Shown in pieces: positions 30,881-40,744 of a stretch of DNA of 64,000 bases. Numbering within the stretch: the stretch's first letter is position 1; every line of letters begins with the position of its first letter. The stretch spans positions 434,001 to 498,000 of the forward strand of contig CDROCS010000506.1 of NCBI GenBank assembly GCA_977020255.1, read 5' to 3'. Origin of the DNA: Obrimoposthia wandeli (Eukaryota). The notes under the pieces are model-generated. The model was given only the letters and a program-made list of their open reading frames with translations, searched no databases and was not told the origin of the DNA. Both the position numbers and the translations under genes were made by a program.

Positions 30881-33082
30881 TTAATCCGTATTGGTAATGG
30901 CAATGATTTGCTCATCACTGATTTTTCGTTGCTTTCTTGCCAATTTTTTCAAGGGAGGGCATTTTTCGTCATTGAAATACGTCACCTGACAATCCAAACA
31001 ATAATGACACTCACGCATGTTGATCTCGCCGTTGGGTTGTATGGCTTGGATCTCACACTCTTTAGCGCATGTTTTACAAGGTTGACCGCATTCAGAACGG
31101 CGTTTAAGCCACTGGAATAAACTCAGTTTGCTCGGCACAGATAAGGCCGCGCCTAACGGACATAAATAACGACAAAATGTTTTACGGTTAACCAAGCTGG
31201 TTAAAATCATCAAGCTTGCCCAAGCAATGAATGGCCATTCCCGATCAAATTTTAATAAGAAGGTGGTTTTGAACGGTTCGATTTCTGCAAACTGTTCTGC
31301 CATCGCCAATGAATCCAACGAGATACCAAACAAGGCTAATAAGATAAGATATTTGATTGCCCACAAACGTTCATGCACGGCATAAGGTAATTCCAGTTGT
31401 GGTAATTTAATAAACCGCCCGAACACATTCACCAGTTCTTGCAAAGCACCAAACGGGCATAACCAACCACAATAAACCGCCCGTCCCCACAGCAGCATAG
31501 TGACAGCCGCTGCGCACCATAAAATAAAGATAACCGGGTCAAGCAAAAATAGATCCCATGAAAAGTCATGCATCAAAGCTTGTAAAAAGGTAAACACATT
31601 AACAATGGATAGCTGACCGCCCCATGACCAACCGATAAGCACAACCGTAACGACCAGAAAACCATGACGTAAGTTGTGCATAAATTTAGGGTGTCGAACC
31701 AACACATCTTGGAAGAACAAAATCAGCAGTAATACGATGAGTAAAGCAATCAGCACCACTACCTCAACACTTTTGTCTTGCCAGACTTGCTGGGTTAGGC
31801 TTAATTCAGGTTCTGGCATAATTGCAGGCGGCGTATCAACGTATTTTTCCAACATGTCATACTGGCCTTTAAAGCTGTTAAATAAGCTATCGACGGGTCC
31901 AGTTTGGCGACGCACTAACAACTCAAACGCCCACTCTGCGCCAGGATCAAACTCGTGATGCGCTTCGATTTTAAATACCGACATTTCTTTGAACGTTGGC
32001 GCGCCAGCAATGAATATATCGGTCACTCGCTCATGTTGTAAGTCTCGAAATGAAATCGCATTGTCTTGCTGATGGATTTGGATGCGATCAAAAATACCGC
32101 CACGCACATAACCCGAGCCTTTAAAGGAATAGCCATTACCGAATACACCGATTAAGTGTTCACCCGGTTTCAGTGGCTTGGTTAACCATTGGTAGTCTGC
32201 AGCGCTAAATAGATTTTTACCTATGGTGGGAATATCAATCAGGGTGTAATAAATTTCAGCAAACATGTCTTGTTTTTCATCTGCACTGGCTTCATCTACA
32301 TGCTCTGCAGCAGTCCCGACAAAACTGTCATCAACCGCGTTACGATCTAGATATAACTTACGAATAGAGCCATCGCCAGTAAGTTGAGTCCAATTAGCGT
32401 CGCTGAATACTTCCGCTTTAATGGTTGAGATAGGCTGAATTATGCCATTGGATTTTTCGATAATAGCCAATGCTTGCGCAACTTTTTTGGCCGCTTTGGT
32501 AATACCAACATTCATCACCATCACGGTAACGGTAGCGCCGGAAAGACCATCAATGGCAACGTAGCCTTCGTTCTTATTACCACCGACCTTTAATCTATCG
32601 CGCACGGATAAACCAGCATATTGATCGGTGAAAGCCCATAACTTACTTTCAGGAATACCAGCAAGAATAATCGGTTCATGATGCTCTAAGACTTTAGCGG
32701 TGAGGTAAGCACCTTGGGGATCGATAGCCACCAGCATATTGACCGGTTCACCAGAATAAGCTGGGATCTTAGCGATATCGTTGGTTTCAAAGGCGTAACC
32801 TAAAACGTCATCATTTTTACGCACTGTCCAAATAGGGTAACCACCGACCTGTGTTGGCGTTTTATCAGAAATAGCAGTGGCATTGGGGAATTGCGCCTGA
32901 ATAAACGGCATGGGATCTTTAGGAGGACTAACAAATAACGCATAACTTGGTGGAATAAAAAAAGTCGCCAGCAACAATAACGCAGTGAGCGCAACTAGGG
33001 CTCCTTGCTTAAACATGCCTTTATTAAACATGCCTTGCTGGAATTTATTTTTGTTATGTACTAAATAGTTAAAGCTAACCAC
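30881..33082 (-). CDS. nosR: NosR membrane flavo-/iron-sulfur protein
   Basis: FMN attachment motif DGLSGAT, CGWLCPFG, CRYLCPLG and two ferredoxin-type Cys clusters; GTG start with AGGGGA SD. Confidence 0.96.
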   Translation of the reverse strand: MVSFNYLVHNKNKFQQGMFNKGMFKQGALVALTALLLLATFFIPPSYALFVSPPKDPMPFIQAQFPNATAISDKTPTQVGGYPIWTVRKNDDVLGYAFETNDIAKIPAYSGEPVNMLVAIDPQGAYLTAKVLEHHEPIILAGIPESKLWAFTDQYAGLSVRDRLKVGGNKNEGYVAIDGLSGATVTVMVMNVGITKAAKKVAQALAIIEKSNGIIQPISTIKAEVFSDANWTQLTGDGSIRKLYLDRNAVDDSFVGTAAEHVDEASADEKQDMFAEIYYTLIDIPTIGKNLFSAADYQWLTKPLKPGEHLIGVFGNGYSFKGSGYVRGGIFDRIQIHQQDNAISFRDLQHERVTDIFIAGAPTFKEMSVFKIEAHHEFDPGAEWAFELLVRRQTGPVDSLFNSFKGQYDMLEKYVDTPPAIMPEPELSLTQQVWQDKSVEVVVLIALLIVLLLILFFQDVLVRHPKFMHNLRHGFLVVTVVLIGWSWGGQLSIVNVFTFLQALMHDFSWDLFLLDPVIFILWCAAAVTMLLWGRAVYCGWLCPFGALQELVNVFGRFIKLPQLELPYAVHERLWAIKYLILLALFGISLDSLAMAEQFAEIEPFKTTFLLKFDREWPFIAWASLMILTSLVNRKTFCRYLCPLGAALSVPSKLSLFQWLKRRSECGQPCKTCAKECEIQAIQPNGEINMRECHYCLDCQVTYFNDEKCPPLKKLARKQRKISDEQIIAITNTD

Positions 33083-33226
33083 AATAATCGTCCCCTAATT
33101 TACAACTCATAGGCATAAGTTGCAGTCCATTAGGGCGCATCATAAATAGTCAATTAAGGTGAGCGAATGACTTAAGTCAAGTGCCCACTAATATCTTTAT
33201 CATTCGATAAAGTATACGCAAGCTCA

Positions 33227-33240
33227 TTGATCCTGATCAT
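33227..33240. promoter_or_regulatory. FNR/DNR-type box upstream of nosR
   Basis: TTGAT-CCTG-ATCAT, one mismatch to TTGAT-N4-ATCAA, about 145 bp upstream of nosR. Confidence 0.7.
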
Positions 33241-33302
33241 TTATTGTTAGCTACCTGATGGTTTTTTGTTAACGATAAACGATGCTTTATTAATTTAAAT
33301 GT

Positions 33303-33341
33303 AAAAATGCCCATGACATCCGACTGGCTGTCATGGGCATT
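33303..33341 (-). terminator. Terminator after proV
   Basis: AATGCCCATGACA-N10-TGTCATGGGCATT 13-bp stem with a T tract on the minus strand. Confidence 0.8.
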
Positions 33342-33382
33342 ACATCTTATAAACCAAGTAAACGTGTTGTTACCACATCATA

Positions 33383-34672
33383 CTAAGCGTGAGTAAGTTT
33401 ACTCTCTTCCGCGCTTAGCTTACTTTCTTCGACACTCGGCTTTTTATCTTCTGAATGAGGCTGATCACTTAATACTTCAGCCAATGCAGAACGACATAAA
33501 TGCCCTTCCACTTCACCATTTTCATTTAATACTGGAAGCGGTAAATTGTTATCCAGCATCTCAGGAATAACAGATTCGATTAACGCATCACTTTGCACTG
33601 CAGGTACATCATCTAATAACGATGCATCAAGGACATTACTGTAATCACTTTTATCAACGCCGTCTAAGGTATCTTGAGTGATAACCCCTTGATAACCATC
33701 CTTGTTAACCACGTAGCCATAATCGTCTTTTGATTTACGCATTTGTAATACCGCTTCACCGATTGTCTCGGCCGAAATACGGCAAATTTGCGGTTGCATG
33801 ACCGTTTCAACAGTCAATGCACGGGCGCGGTTTACATCTTTAACAAAGGCTTCAACGTAGTCATCGACCGGGTTAAGTAGAATATCAACCGGCGTACCTT
33901 GTTGCACTAATACCCCATCACGTAAAATAGCAATGCGATCGCCTAAGCGTAATGCTTCATCAAGATCATGGGTAATAAAGACAATGGTTTTATGCAGTTT
34001 TTCTTGCAGTTCAATCAACTGGTCCTGCATTTCACTGCGGATCAGTGGATCCAGCGCTGAAAATGCTTCATCCATTAACAGAATATCGGCATCGGTACAC
34101 AAGGCGCGGGCTAAACCGACACGTTGCTGCTGCCCACCAGACAGTTGTCCTGGATATTGATTAGCATAACCATCAAGTCCTACCGTTTCCAACCACTGCG
34201 TTGCGCTCTTCTTCCATTCCGCTTTTTTAACGCCCTGCACTTGCAAGCCATAACCAATATTGTCTAACACAGTACGGTGTGGCATCAGTCCAAAACGTTG
34301 GAATACCATCGACATTTTGTTACGACGGAAATCTTGGAGATCTTTACTCGATAATTGCATCACATCGCTGCCAGCAAGTTCGATTTCACCCGCAGTCGGT
34401 TCAATAAGGCGGTTAAAGTGGCGGATCAAAGTGGATTTACCCGACCCCGATAGCCCCATGATCACGAATATCTCGCCCGGATATACATCCAGATTAATAT
34501 TAGATAAACCAACGGTATGCCCTGTTTCAGCTAAAATGGCATCTTTTGATTTACCGGCTTTAACTTGTTCGAGGACCTTTTTTTCATCTTTACCAAAAAT
34601 TTTGTATAAATTCTTAATACGAATTAGTGGGCTTTTCTTATCCGTTGAACTGCTCTTTTTATTCGAATTCAT
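33383..34672 (-). CDS. proV: Glycine betaine/proline ABC transporter ATP-binding subunit
   Basis: GLSGSGKS, LSGGQQQRVGLARAL, MDEAFSALDPLIR; C-terminal CBS-like region. Confidence 0.93.
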   Translation of the reverse strand: MNSNKKSSSTDKKSPLIRIKNLYKIFGKDEKKVLEQVKAGKSKDAILAETGHTVGLSNINLDVYPGEIFVIMGLSGSGKSTLIRHFNRLIEPTAGEIELAGSDVMQLSSKDLQDFRRNKMSMVFQRFGLMPHRTVLDNIGYGLQVQGVKKAEWKKSATQWLETVGLDGYANQYPGQLSGGQQQRVGLARALCTDADILLMDEAFSALDPLIRSEMQDQLIELQEKLHKTIVFITHDLDEALRLGDRIAILRDGVLVQQGTPVDILLNPVDDYVEAFVKDVNRARALTVETVMQPQICRISAETIGEAVLQMRKSKDDYGYVVNKDGYQGVITQDTLDGVDKSDYSNVLDASLLDDVPAVQSDALIESVIPEMLDNNLPLPVLNENGEVEGHLCRSALAEVLSDQPHSEDKKPSVEESKLSAEESKLTHA

Positions 34673-34673
34673 A

Positions 34674-35564
34674 TTAGTGCCCGCCTAAATTTTGTAACGT
34701 ACGTTTGGCATAACTCTGCGAGATCCGATCAAAGATAATCGCTAATGCTACAATCGCTAAACCATTCATTAAGCCAAGCGTGAAATATTGATTTGTAATT
34801 GATTTTAATACCGGTTGACCTAAGCCTTTCACACCAATCATCGACGCGATCACAACCATAGCAAGCGCCATCATAATCGTCTGATTGATACCCGCCATAA
34901 TATTAGGCATGGCCAAAGGTAACTGCACGCCAAATAAACGTTGCGTAGGACTCGCACCATAAGCCGTTGCGGCCTCTAATACTTCTTTGTCAACAAGACG
35001 AATACCTAAGTTAGTTAAGCGGATCACCGGCGGCACGGCGTAAATAATAACCGCAATCACACCCGGGATTTTACCGATACCTAACAACATCACCACGGGG
35101 ATCAAATATACAAAGGCTGGCATGGTTTGCATAATATCGAGAACGGGGGTCACGGTTGACTGTACGCGATCAGAGCGCGACATCGCGATCCCAATAGGAA
35201 TACCAATAAGAATGGCGAGTAAGGTAGAGACCAGAATAATACTCATGGTACGCATGGTGTTGTCCCACATACCAAAGAAGCCAATGAGGAAAAAGGCAAT
35301 GGCTACGCCTATCGTTAATTTCCAAGAGCGGCTAGCTGCGTAAGCAAACACCGCTAATACAGCAACCACTAACCACCAAGGGCTGCCAAGTAATAATTTT
35401 TCGAACCAAATGAGAAAAGTAAGTAAGGGATCAAAAAACGATTCAATACTATCACCGTATTCACGCGAAAAACTGCGATATGCGCCATCCAATGTTTTTC
35501 TAATATCAAGTAATTGGTGACGATCTAGCTGCGGTATTTCCGAAAGCCATGAACTGTCTGACAT
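34674..35564 (-). CDS. proW: Glycine betaine/proline ABC transporter permease
   Basis: PVLDIMQTMPAFVYLIP and EAATAYGA (EAA loop) motifs. Confidence 0.93.
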   Translation of the reverse strand: MSDSSWLSEIPQLDRHQLLDIRKTLDGAYRSFSREYGDSIESFFDPLLTFLIWFEKLLLGSPWWLVVAVLAVFAYAASRSWKLTIGVAIAFFLIGFFGMWDNTMRTMSIILVSTLLAILIGIPIGIAMSRSDRVQSTVTPVLDIMQTMPAFVYLIPVVMLLGIGKIPGVIAVIIYAVPPVIRLTNLGIRLVDKEVLEAATAYGASPTQRLFGVQLPLAMPNIMAGINQTIMMALAMVVIASMIGVKGLGQPVLKSITNQYFTLGLMNGLAIVALAIIFDRISQSYAKRTLQNLGGH

Positions 35565-35584
35565 ATTATTTATTTCCTAAGATG

Positions 35585-35607
35585 AAAAAGCCCGAATCGC
35601 TCGGGCT
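35585..35607 (-). terminator. Internal terminator between proX and proW
   Basis: AGCCCGA-GCGAT-TCGGGCT-TTTT on the minus strand. Confidence 0.7.
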
Positions 35608-35682
35608 ATATATACCCAACTACTGAGAATGCAACTGTACCTGTACAATCGCATACCGTCGTAGTGTGGGTATAGTGAAAGG

Positions 35683-36687
35683 CTATAGTGCTAAGACTGC
35701 TTTCTTGATTTTTGCTGCGGTAGCTGAATCAACCCACTGTGACCAGGTATCTTCATAGTTAGTAATAAAGTGTTCAACACTGTATTCACCATCAGCTTGC
35801 TCATCTTCCATCCAAGCAAGTAATTCATTCATTTGCGCATTCTTAAATGAGCGAGCGTTAAGATAAGCCAGTGCTTCAGGCGCTTTAGCCGCAAATGTTT
35901 CTGTGACAACAGTATCGACAGCTGAAGGTGGGAACATCGTCGCTTTAGGATCTAAACAATCTTCTTGCGTAATGCACTCTTTAAAGTGTTTTTCATCGAT
36001 GCCAGTACCAAAGTCAACTTTAACCATATTGTATTTACCCAATACAGCGGTTGGCGCCCAATAATAACCAAACCAAGCTTCTTTGCGTTCATACGCTTTA
36101 GCGATAGAACCCGATAAACCAGCGCCGGAACCAGGATCAATCATATCAAAGCCATCATCAGCAAGGTTTAACGCTTGGTACAGATTAGTAGTGGTGATTT
36201 GACAATTCCAACCCGATGGACAAATCATAAATGCTGATTTGTCTGGGTCTTCAGGGTGTTTGAATAATTTAGAGTTGGCTTTAATCCCTGCTATCGTAGC
36301 TAAACTCGGATCTTTCTCAACCATATAGGCTGGAACCCAAAAGCCTTCTTCGCCACCATCAGAAAGTGTCGCGCCAGCATAACGAATACGCCCTTCAGCA
36401 ACACCTTTATCAAGTGCTGGTTTCATGGCATTACTCCAGAATTCTGGGGCAATATCAGGCTGACCTTTTTCAATCATCGCGGTACCCGTTGCCATGGTAT
36501 CACCAGGCACAAGTTCGGCATCACAACCAAAACCATGTTCGAGAATAAAACGGTCAATATTAGCGATTAGAGTAGCTGAATTCCAGCTCATGTCAGCAAT
36601 AGTAACAGGGCCACATTCACTTGCATTAGCGAAGGTCGAAAGAGAGGTAGAAGCGAGAAATAGAGTCGTAGCGAAAGTCTTCCGCAT
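35683..36687 (-). CDS. proX: Glycine betaine/proline ABC transporter substrate-binding protein
   Basis: Signal peptide, CG.VTIADMSWNSA, PEFW, CPSGWNCQ, YYWAPT motifs. Confidence 0.92.
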   Translation of the reverse strand: MRKTFATTLFLASTSLSTFANASECGPVTIADMSWNSATLIANIDRFILEHGFGCDAELVPGDTMATGTAMIEKGQPDIAPEFWSNAMKPALDKGVAEGRIRYAGATLSDGGEEGFWVPAYMVEKDPSLATIAGIKANSKLFKHPEDPDKSAFMICPSGWNCQITTTNLYQALNLADDGFDMIDPGSGAGLSGSIAKAYERKEAWFGYYWAPTAVLGKYNMVKVDFGTGIDEKHFKECITQEDCLDPKATMFPPSAVDTVVTETFAAKAPEALAYLNARSFKNAQMNELLAWMEDEQADGEYSVEHFITNYEDTWSQWVDSATAAKIKKAVLAL

Positions 36688-36873
36688 ATAAATAATATCC
36701 TTATTATTGTATGAAGTGTCACCAATACTACAGTAAATTGCTGCTAAAATCTTTTAAAGTACTAAATAAGTACTAATAACCGTAAATATTCGTAAAAAAT
36801 ATAGACAAAATTTTATAGCGATATTCACGGTAATACGGCGTTGTTTATGATTAATATCAGACAGCTAGTCGTG

Positions 36874-37350
36874 TTATTCTTCTGCCTGTATTTGACCAAC
36901 TAATAACACGGGTGCAGCATCTAATTTTTCTGCATCCATCATCGAGGCAATACGTTCAACCGCAGACAGTAACTGGCTCTGTTCCCATTCTTCCAAATTT
37001 TGATAACGGGTAATAAAGTGATCTTGTAATGGTTTCGGTGAACTACTGAGCAAGATAACGCCAGCTTCACTGAGTGACAAATGCACTTTACGCTTATCGG
37101 TTTTACTCCGCGTTCTGATCACCAATTCTCGGCTCTCAAGGCGATCAATAATCGTCGTCACTGTCGCAGCACTCAAGGCGATTTCTTTGGCAATATCTTT
37201 CGCCAATGGTGCATCAAGCAAGGCAATATTTTGCATGACCATAAGTTGAGGCCCGGTTAAGCCCGATTGTTTATTCAACTTGCGAGAATGTATATCAATG
37301 GCTCTGATCACTTGGCGTAGCGACACTAATAATTCTTCGTACTTTTCCAT
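36874..37350 (-). CDS. cosR: MarR family compatible-solute regulator (CosR/EctR-like)
   Basis: LRQVIRAIDIHSRKL....GLTGPQL and DKRKV motifs; located among osmolyte genes. Confidence 0.85.
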   Translation of the reverse strand: MEKYEELLVSLRQVIRAIDIHSRKLNKQSGLTGPQLMVMQNIALLDAPLAKDIAKEIALSAATVTTIIDRLESRELVIRTRSKTDKRKVHLSLSEAGVILLSSSPKPLQDHFITRYQNLEEWEQSQLLSAVERIASMMDAEKLDAAPVLLVGQIQAEE

Positions 37351-37471
37351 AAATATAGCCTAATAGATAACAGGGTTGATAATTGGTAACCGGATTGATC
37401 ATATAACCGAATCGATAACAGGTCTTTTTCGCCACCATAACAGAAATAGACCGCAGACCCATACTGCAAAT

Positions 37472-37510
37472 AAAAAAAAAGCAAAATAACGCCTAAACGC
37501 TATTTTGCTT
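37472..37510 (-). terminator. Terminator after the BCCT gene
   Basis: AAGCAAAATA...TATTTTGCTT stem followed by a 9-T run on the minus strand. Confidence 0.7.
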
Positions 37511-37537
37511 GTTCCAGTATTGACCATTATGAATGTG

Positions 37538-38755
37538 CTAGTTCGCTAACTCGATTTTATTAAAGTCGATTTCATTCTCTTTCGGTGAATGTTCAATCGC
37601 CGCAACCTGTTTGTATTTTTTCGCGATAATATACACGAAACAACCCAGAATAAGCGCGATAGCTAATGCACCAACCCATTGAATTTGTAAGAAATCCAAT
37701 TTGAACAATAATGTTAGGCCACTCATTAATGCCACGTTACCTATGATGTATTTAGCTTTACCAAAACGCTCAACGGTTAAGTTTAAATTATCAGTATAAA
37801 GTCGTACCAATGAATCCAGCGAGTTAATCACAAAGGTGATGCCCACTAATATCATCGCTAGGTTATAGAAACCCGTTGTCGCGATTTCATTAACGCTGTA
37901 GTAGTAAAGTACCGAGAACCATACTGCGATTGGGATAGACGGGAATACCATCATTGCAATCAGTACTTGGTACGTCTTCATGCCACCAACAAAGCGTGAT
38001 GTGAATTGACCAATCATGATGCTCCACGAGAACCACCAGAATAAGTAAAATTCATGGTAATCATTCATCGGTAAAACAAAGTGATGTAAGTTACCAAAGT
38101 AATCGCCAATCAACGCAAACGTCTTGGTGAATTCACTTACGCTTGAACCTTCAGATAAGAACGCACCCGCCCACATTAGAACGATAAGGCCTAAGAACAA
38201 CCAAGTACTCGCTAAACTTAAGATACGTACATAACGAATACTGGTGCTTGAGTAAACCGCCGCAGCAATCACTAAGAACACAATCAGGTAGAAGCTACCC
38301 ACTATCGTTTCGCCATCGCCTAATTCAGGTAAATACCAAGGTAAATTAGTCAGTAACAAATAAGCAGTAAAGGCACACGTACCGATAATGATAAAGTTAT
38401 TGATGAATTTAATCACTGGGATCTCAAAGAATTTAACTCTTGGTTCAATAACGCAAAAATAGAAACAAGTTAAAAAGTAAAATGCCCAAATTAAGAATGC
38501 CCAGAACCCAAATTCAATCGCCAGTGGATTACTAAAGCTGTATTCAGGGCTTGCAGCAAGGTTCGCATAACCAGCAAATTCAGTCAGCGGGAACATGATC
38601 AGTCCCACGTCCAAACCTGAAGTAAATAGAATAGCGATAAACGTGAATGTACGCACAGGTGTTACACCAACGCATTTCACATTACCCCAACGGTAGATCA
38701 CAAATGCAATTGCAGCAAAGGTAAATAAAATACCTATCGTAAGCCAAGTCGTCAT
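37538..38755 (-). CDS. BCCT family (choline/betaine/carnitine) transporter, short form
   Basis: LFTSGLDVGLIMFPL, FWAFLIWAFY, YLFWWFSWSIMIGQF.SR motifs; downstream of betA. Confidence 0.9.
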   Translation of the reverse strand: MTTWLTIGILFTFAAIAFVIYRWGNVKCVGVTPVRTFTFIAILFTSGLDVGLIMFPLTEFAGYANLAASPEYSFSNPLAIEFGFWAFLIWAFYFLTCFYFCVIEPRVKFFEIPVIKFINNFIIIGTCAFTAYLLLTNLPWYLPELGDGETIVGSFYLIVFLVIAAAVYSSTSIRYVRILSLASTWLFLGLIVLMWAGAFLSEGSSVSEFTKTFALIGDYFGNLHHFVLPMNDYHEFYLFWWFSWSIMIGQFTSRFVGGMKTYQVLIAMMVFPSIPIAVWFSVLYYYSVNEIATTGFYNLAMILVGITFVINSLDSLVRLYTDNLNLTVERFGKAKYIIGNVALMSGLTLLFKLDFLQIQWVGALAIALILGCFVYIIAKKYKQVAAIEHSPKENEIDFNKIELAN

Positions 38756-39043
38756 TGTTTAAACTCCATGTAATTTTGTATAAAACACAAGTTTTATCCC
38801 TCTTGTGTTCTAACATAGCCAGCTCAACGTTTAAGTTAGGCTCTTTTTAGATAGCACTCCCCCTCAAACCTTAAATATCGAATTGACGATATTTAAACCC
38901 TGATGAATTGAGTTTGGCATTAAAGACCATTTAGCCAGAACGGCTTAGGCTGGTCTGATACCTAGATAGTTAATGCGCTGAGTTCACAACGCACTAACAC
39001 TTTTTACTCGTAATATTCTTTACTCATCATTCTTTATCAGCAG

Positions 39044-40735
39044 TTAAGCAGTTTGTCTTTTAGGTTGTTTTAATCGCTGTGTACTCTGCCATTTAGGCGC
39101 AACCGTAACTGCCGTGTCATCGGTCTTAAGCATGATATTGCCCAAGATAATGTCTGCAGCGCGCTCAGCTAACATGATCGTTGGCGAGTTCAAATTACCA
39201 TTGGGAATGGTAGGGAAAATAGAGGAATCAACCACTCTTAACCCGTCAATACCATGCACCTTGGTGTCAGAATCAACCACAGCCATCGCGTCTTCACCCA
39301 TCTTGCACGAACAAGAAGGATGATAAGCACTTTCAACCGTACTTCTCACAAAGCTGTCAATCTCTTCATCGGTTTGAACTGCGATACCGGGTTGAATTTC
39401 TTCACCGCGGAATTCGTCTAATCCAGGTTGATTGATGATTTCACGTGTTAAGCGTACACACGCTCGAAACGCTTCAATATCTTCAGCTTCAGATAAATAA
39501 TTAAACTGAATGTGTGGTGCCACGTGTGCATCTTTTGATACCACTTTGACAAAACCACGGCTTTTGGGTTTGTTATGGCCAACATGCACTTGAAAACCAT
39601 GACCGGCAAACGCTTCTTTACCGTCATAACGCATTGCTGCTGGTAAAAAGTGATATTGTAGATCAGGCCACTCTAGACCGGGTTTTGAACGAATAAAACC
39701 ACAAGATTCAAAGTGATTCGTCGCGCCTAAACCAGACTTATTAAAGAACCAACGCGCACCAATAAACAGTTTGTTTAATGGGTCTAATTTACCATTCAAC
39801 GAAATCGGTTTAAGGCATTTGAATTGGAAGTAAAACTCAAGATGATCTTGTAAGTTCTCACCAACGCCAGGCAGTTCATGTATTTGTTCAATACCCGCAT
39901 CCGCTAAGGTACTTGCTTTACCGATACCCGATAACTGCAGAATATGCGGCGAACCAACCGAACCAGCCGACAAGATGACTTCTTTATTACAATGTAAAGT
40001 CGTTAGTTTGCCCTTACGTTCAAACTCGATGCCAACCGCTTGTTTACCTTCAAACACAACTTTGTGTACCAAAGCATGGGTAATAACCGTTAAATTACTA
40101 CGCTGCATAGCCGGTCTTAAATACGCATTTGCAGTCGACCAACGCACACCTTTTTTAATGGTCATGTGCATCGGGCCAAAGCCTTCTTGCTGCTTACCGT
40201 TGTAATCATTCGTTGCCATGTAACCGGCATCAACACCCGCATCAACAAACGCTTTATATAACGGGTTTTTCATGTTGTTACCGTTATTAACGGCCAGTGG
40301 TCCATTGCCACCGCGGTATTCATCACCGCCAAACGCCCAGCTTTCGGCTTTCTTAAAATAAGGTAAGCAATTGCTATAATCCCAATTTTTCGCTCCACCT
40401 TGCTGCCATTCATCAAAATCACGGGCATGACCACGTACGTAAACCATGCCATTAATAGAAGACGAACCGCCTAATACCTTGCCACGAGGACAATGCATAC
40501 GGCGATTATCTAACGTTGGCTCAGCTTGGGTTTCAAACTGCCACGCATACTTTTTACTGTTCATCGGGATAGATAACGCAGTTGGCATTTGAATAAAGAT
40601 ACTCTTGTCACTGCCACCCGTTTCTAGCAGTAATACTTTGTTGGCTGGATCGGCTGATAAGCGATTCGCTAATACACAACCCGCACTACCCGCGCCAACA
40701 ATAATGTAATCGTACAATCCTTGTGATCTAGTCAT
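39044..40735 (-). CDS. betA: Choline dehydrogenase
   Basis: GAGSAG FAD motif, [37 protein letters not shown]. Confidence 0.97.
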   Translation of the reverse strand: MTRSQGLYDYIIVGAGSAGCVLANRLSADPANKVLLLETGGSDKSIFIQMPTALSIPMNSKKYAWQFETQAEPTLDNRRMHCPRGKVLGGSSSINGMVYVRGHARDFDEWQQGGAKNWDYSNCLPYFKKAESWAFGGDEYRGGNGPLAVNNGNNMKNPLYKAFVDAGVDAGYMATNDYNGKQQEGFGPMHMTIKKGVRWSTANAYLRPAMQRSNLTVITHALVHKVVFEGKQAVGIEFERKGKLTTLHCNKEVILSAGSVGSPHILQLSGIGKASTLADAGIEQIHELPGVGENLQDHLEFYFQFKCLKPISLNGKLDPLNKLFIGARWFFNKSGLGATNHFESCGFIRSKPGLEWPDLQYHFLPAAMRYDGKEAFAGHGFQVHVGHNKPKSRGFVKVVSKDAHVAPHIQFNYLSEAEDIEAFRACVRLTREIINQPGLDEFRGEEIQPGIAVQTDEEIDSFVRSTVESAYHPSCSCKMGEDAMAVVDSDTKVHGIDGLRVVDSSIFPTIPNGNLNSPTIMLAERAADIILGNIMLKTDDTAVTVAPKWQSTQRLKQPKRQTA

Positions 40736-40744
40736 AACTTTTCC

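Noticed and set aside
34260-34688. 142-aa plus-strand ORF
   Set aside because: Typical antisense shadow of an ABC ATPase (proV).
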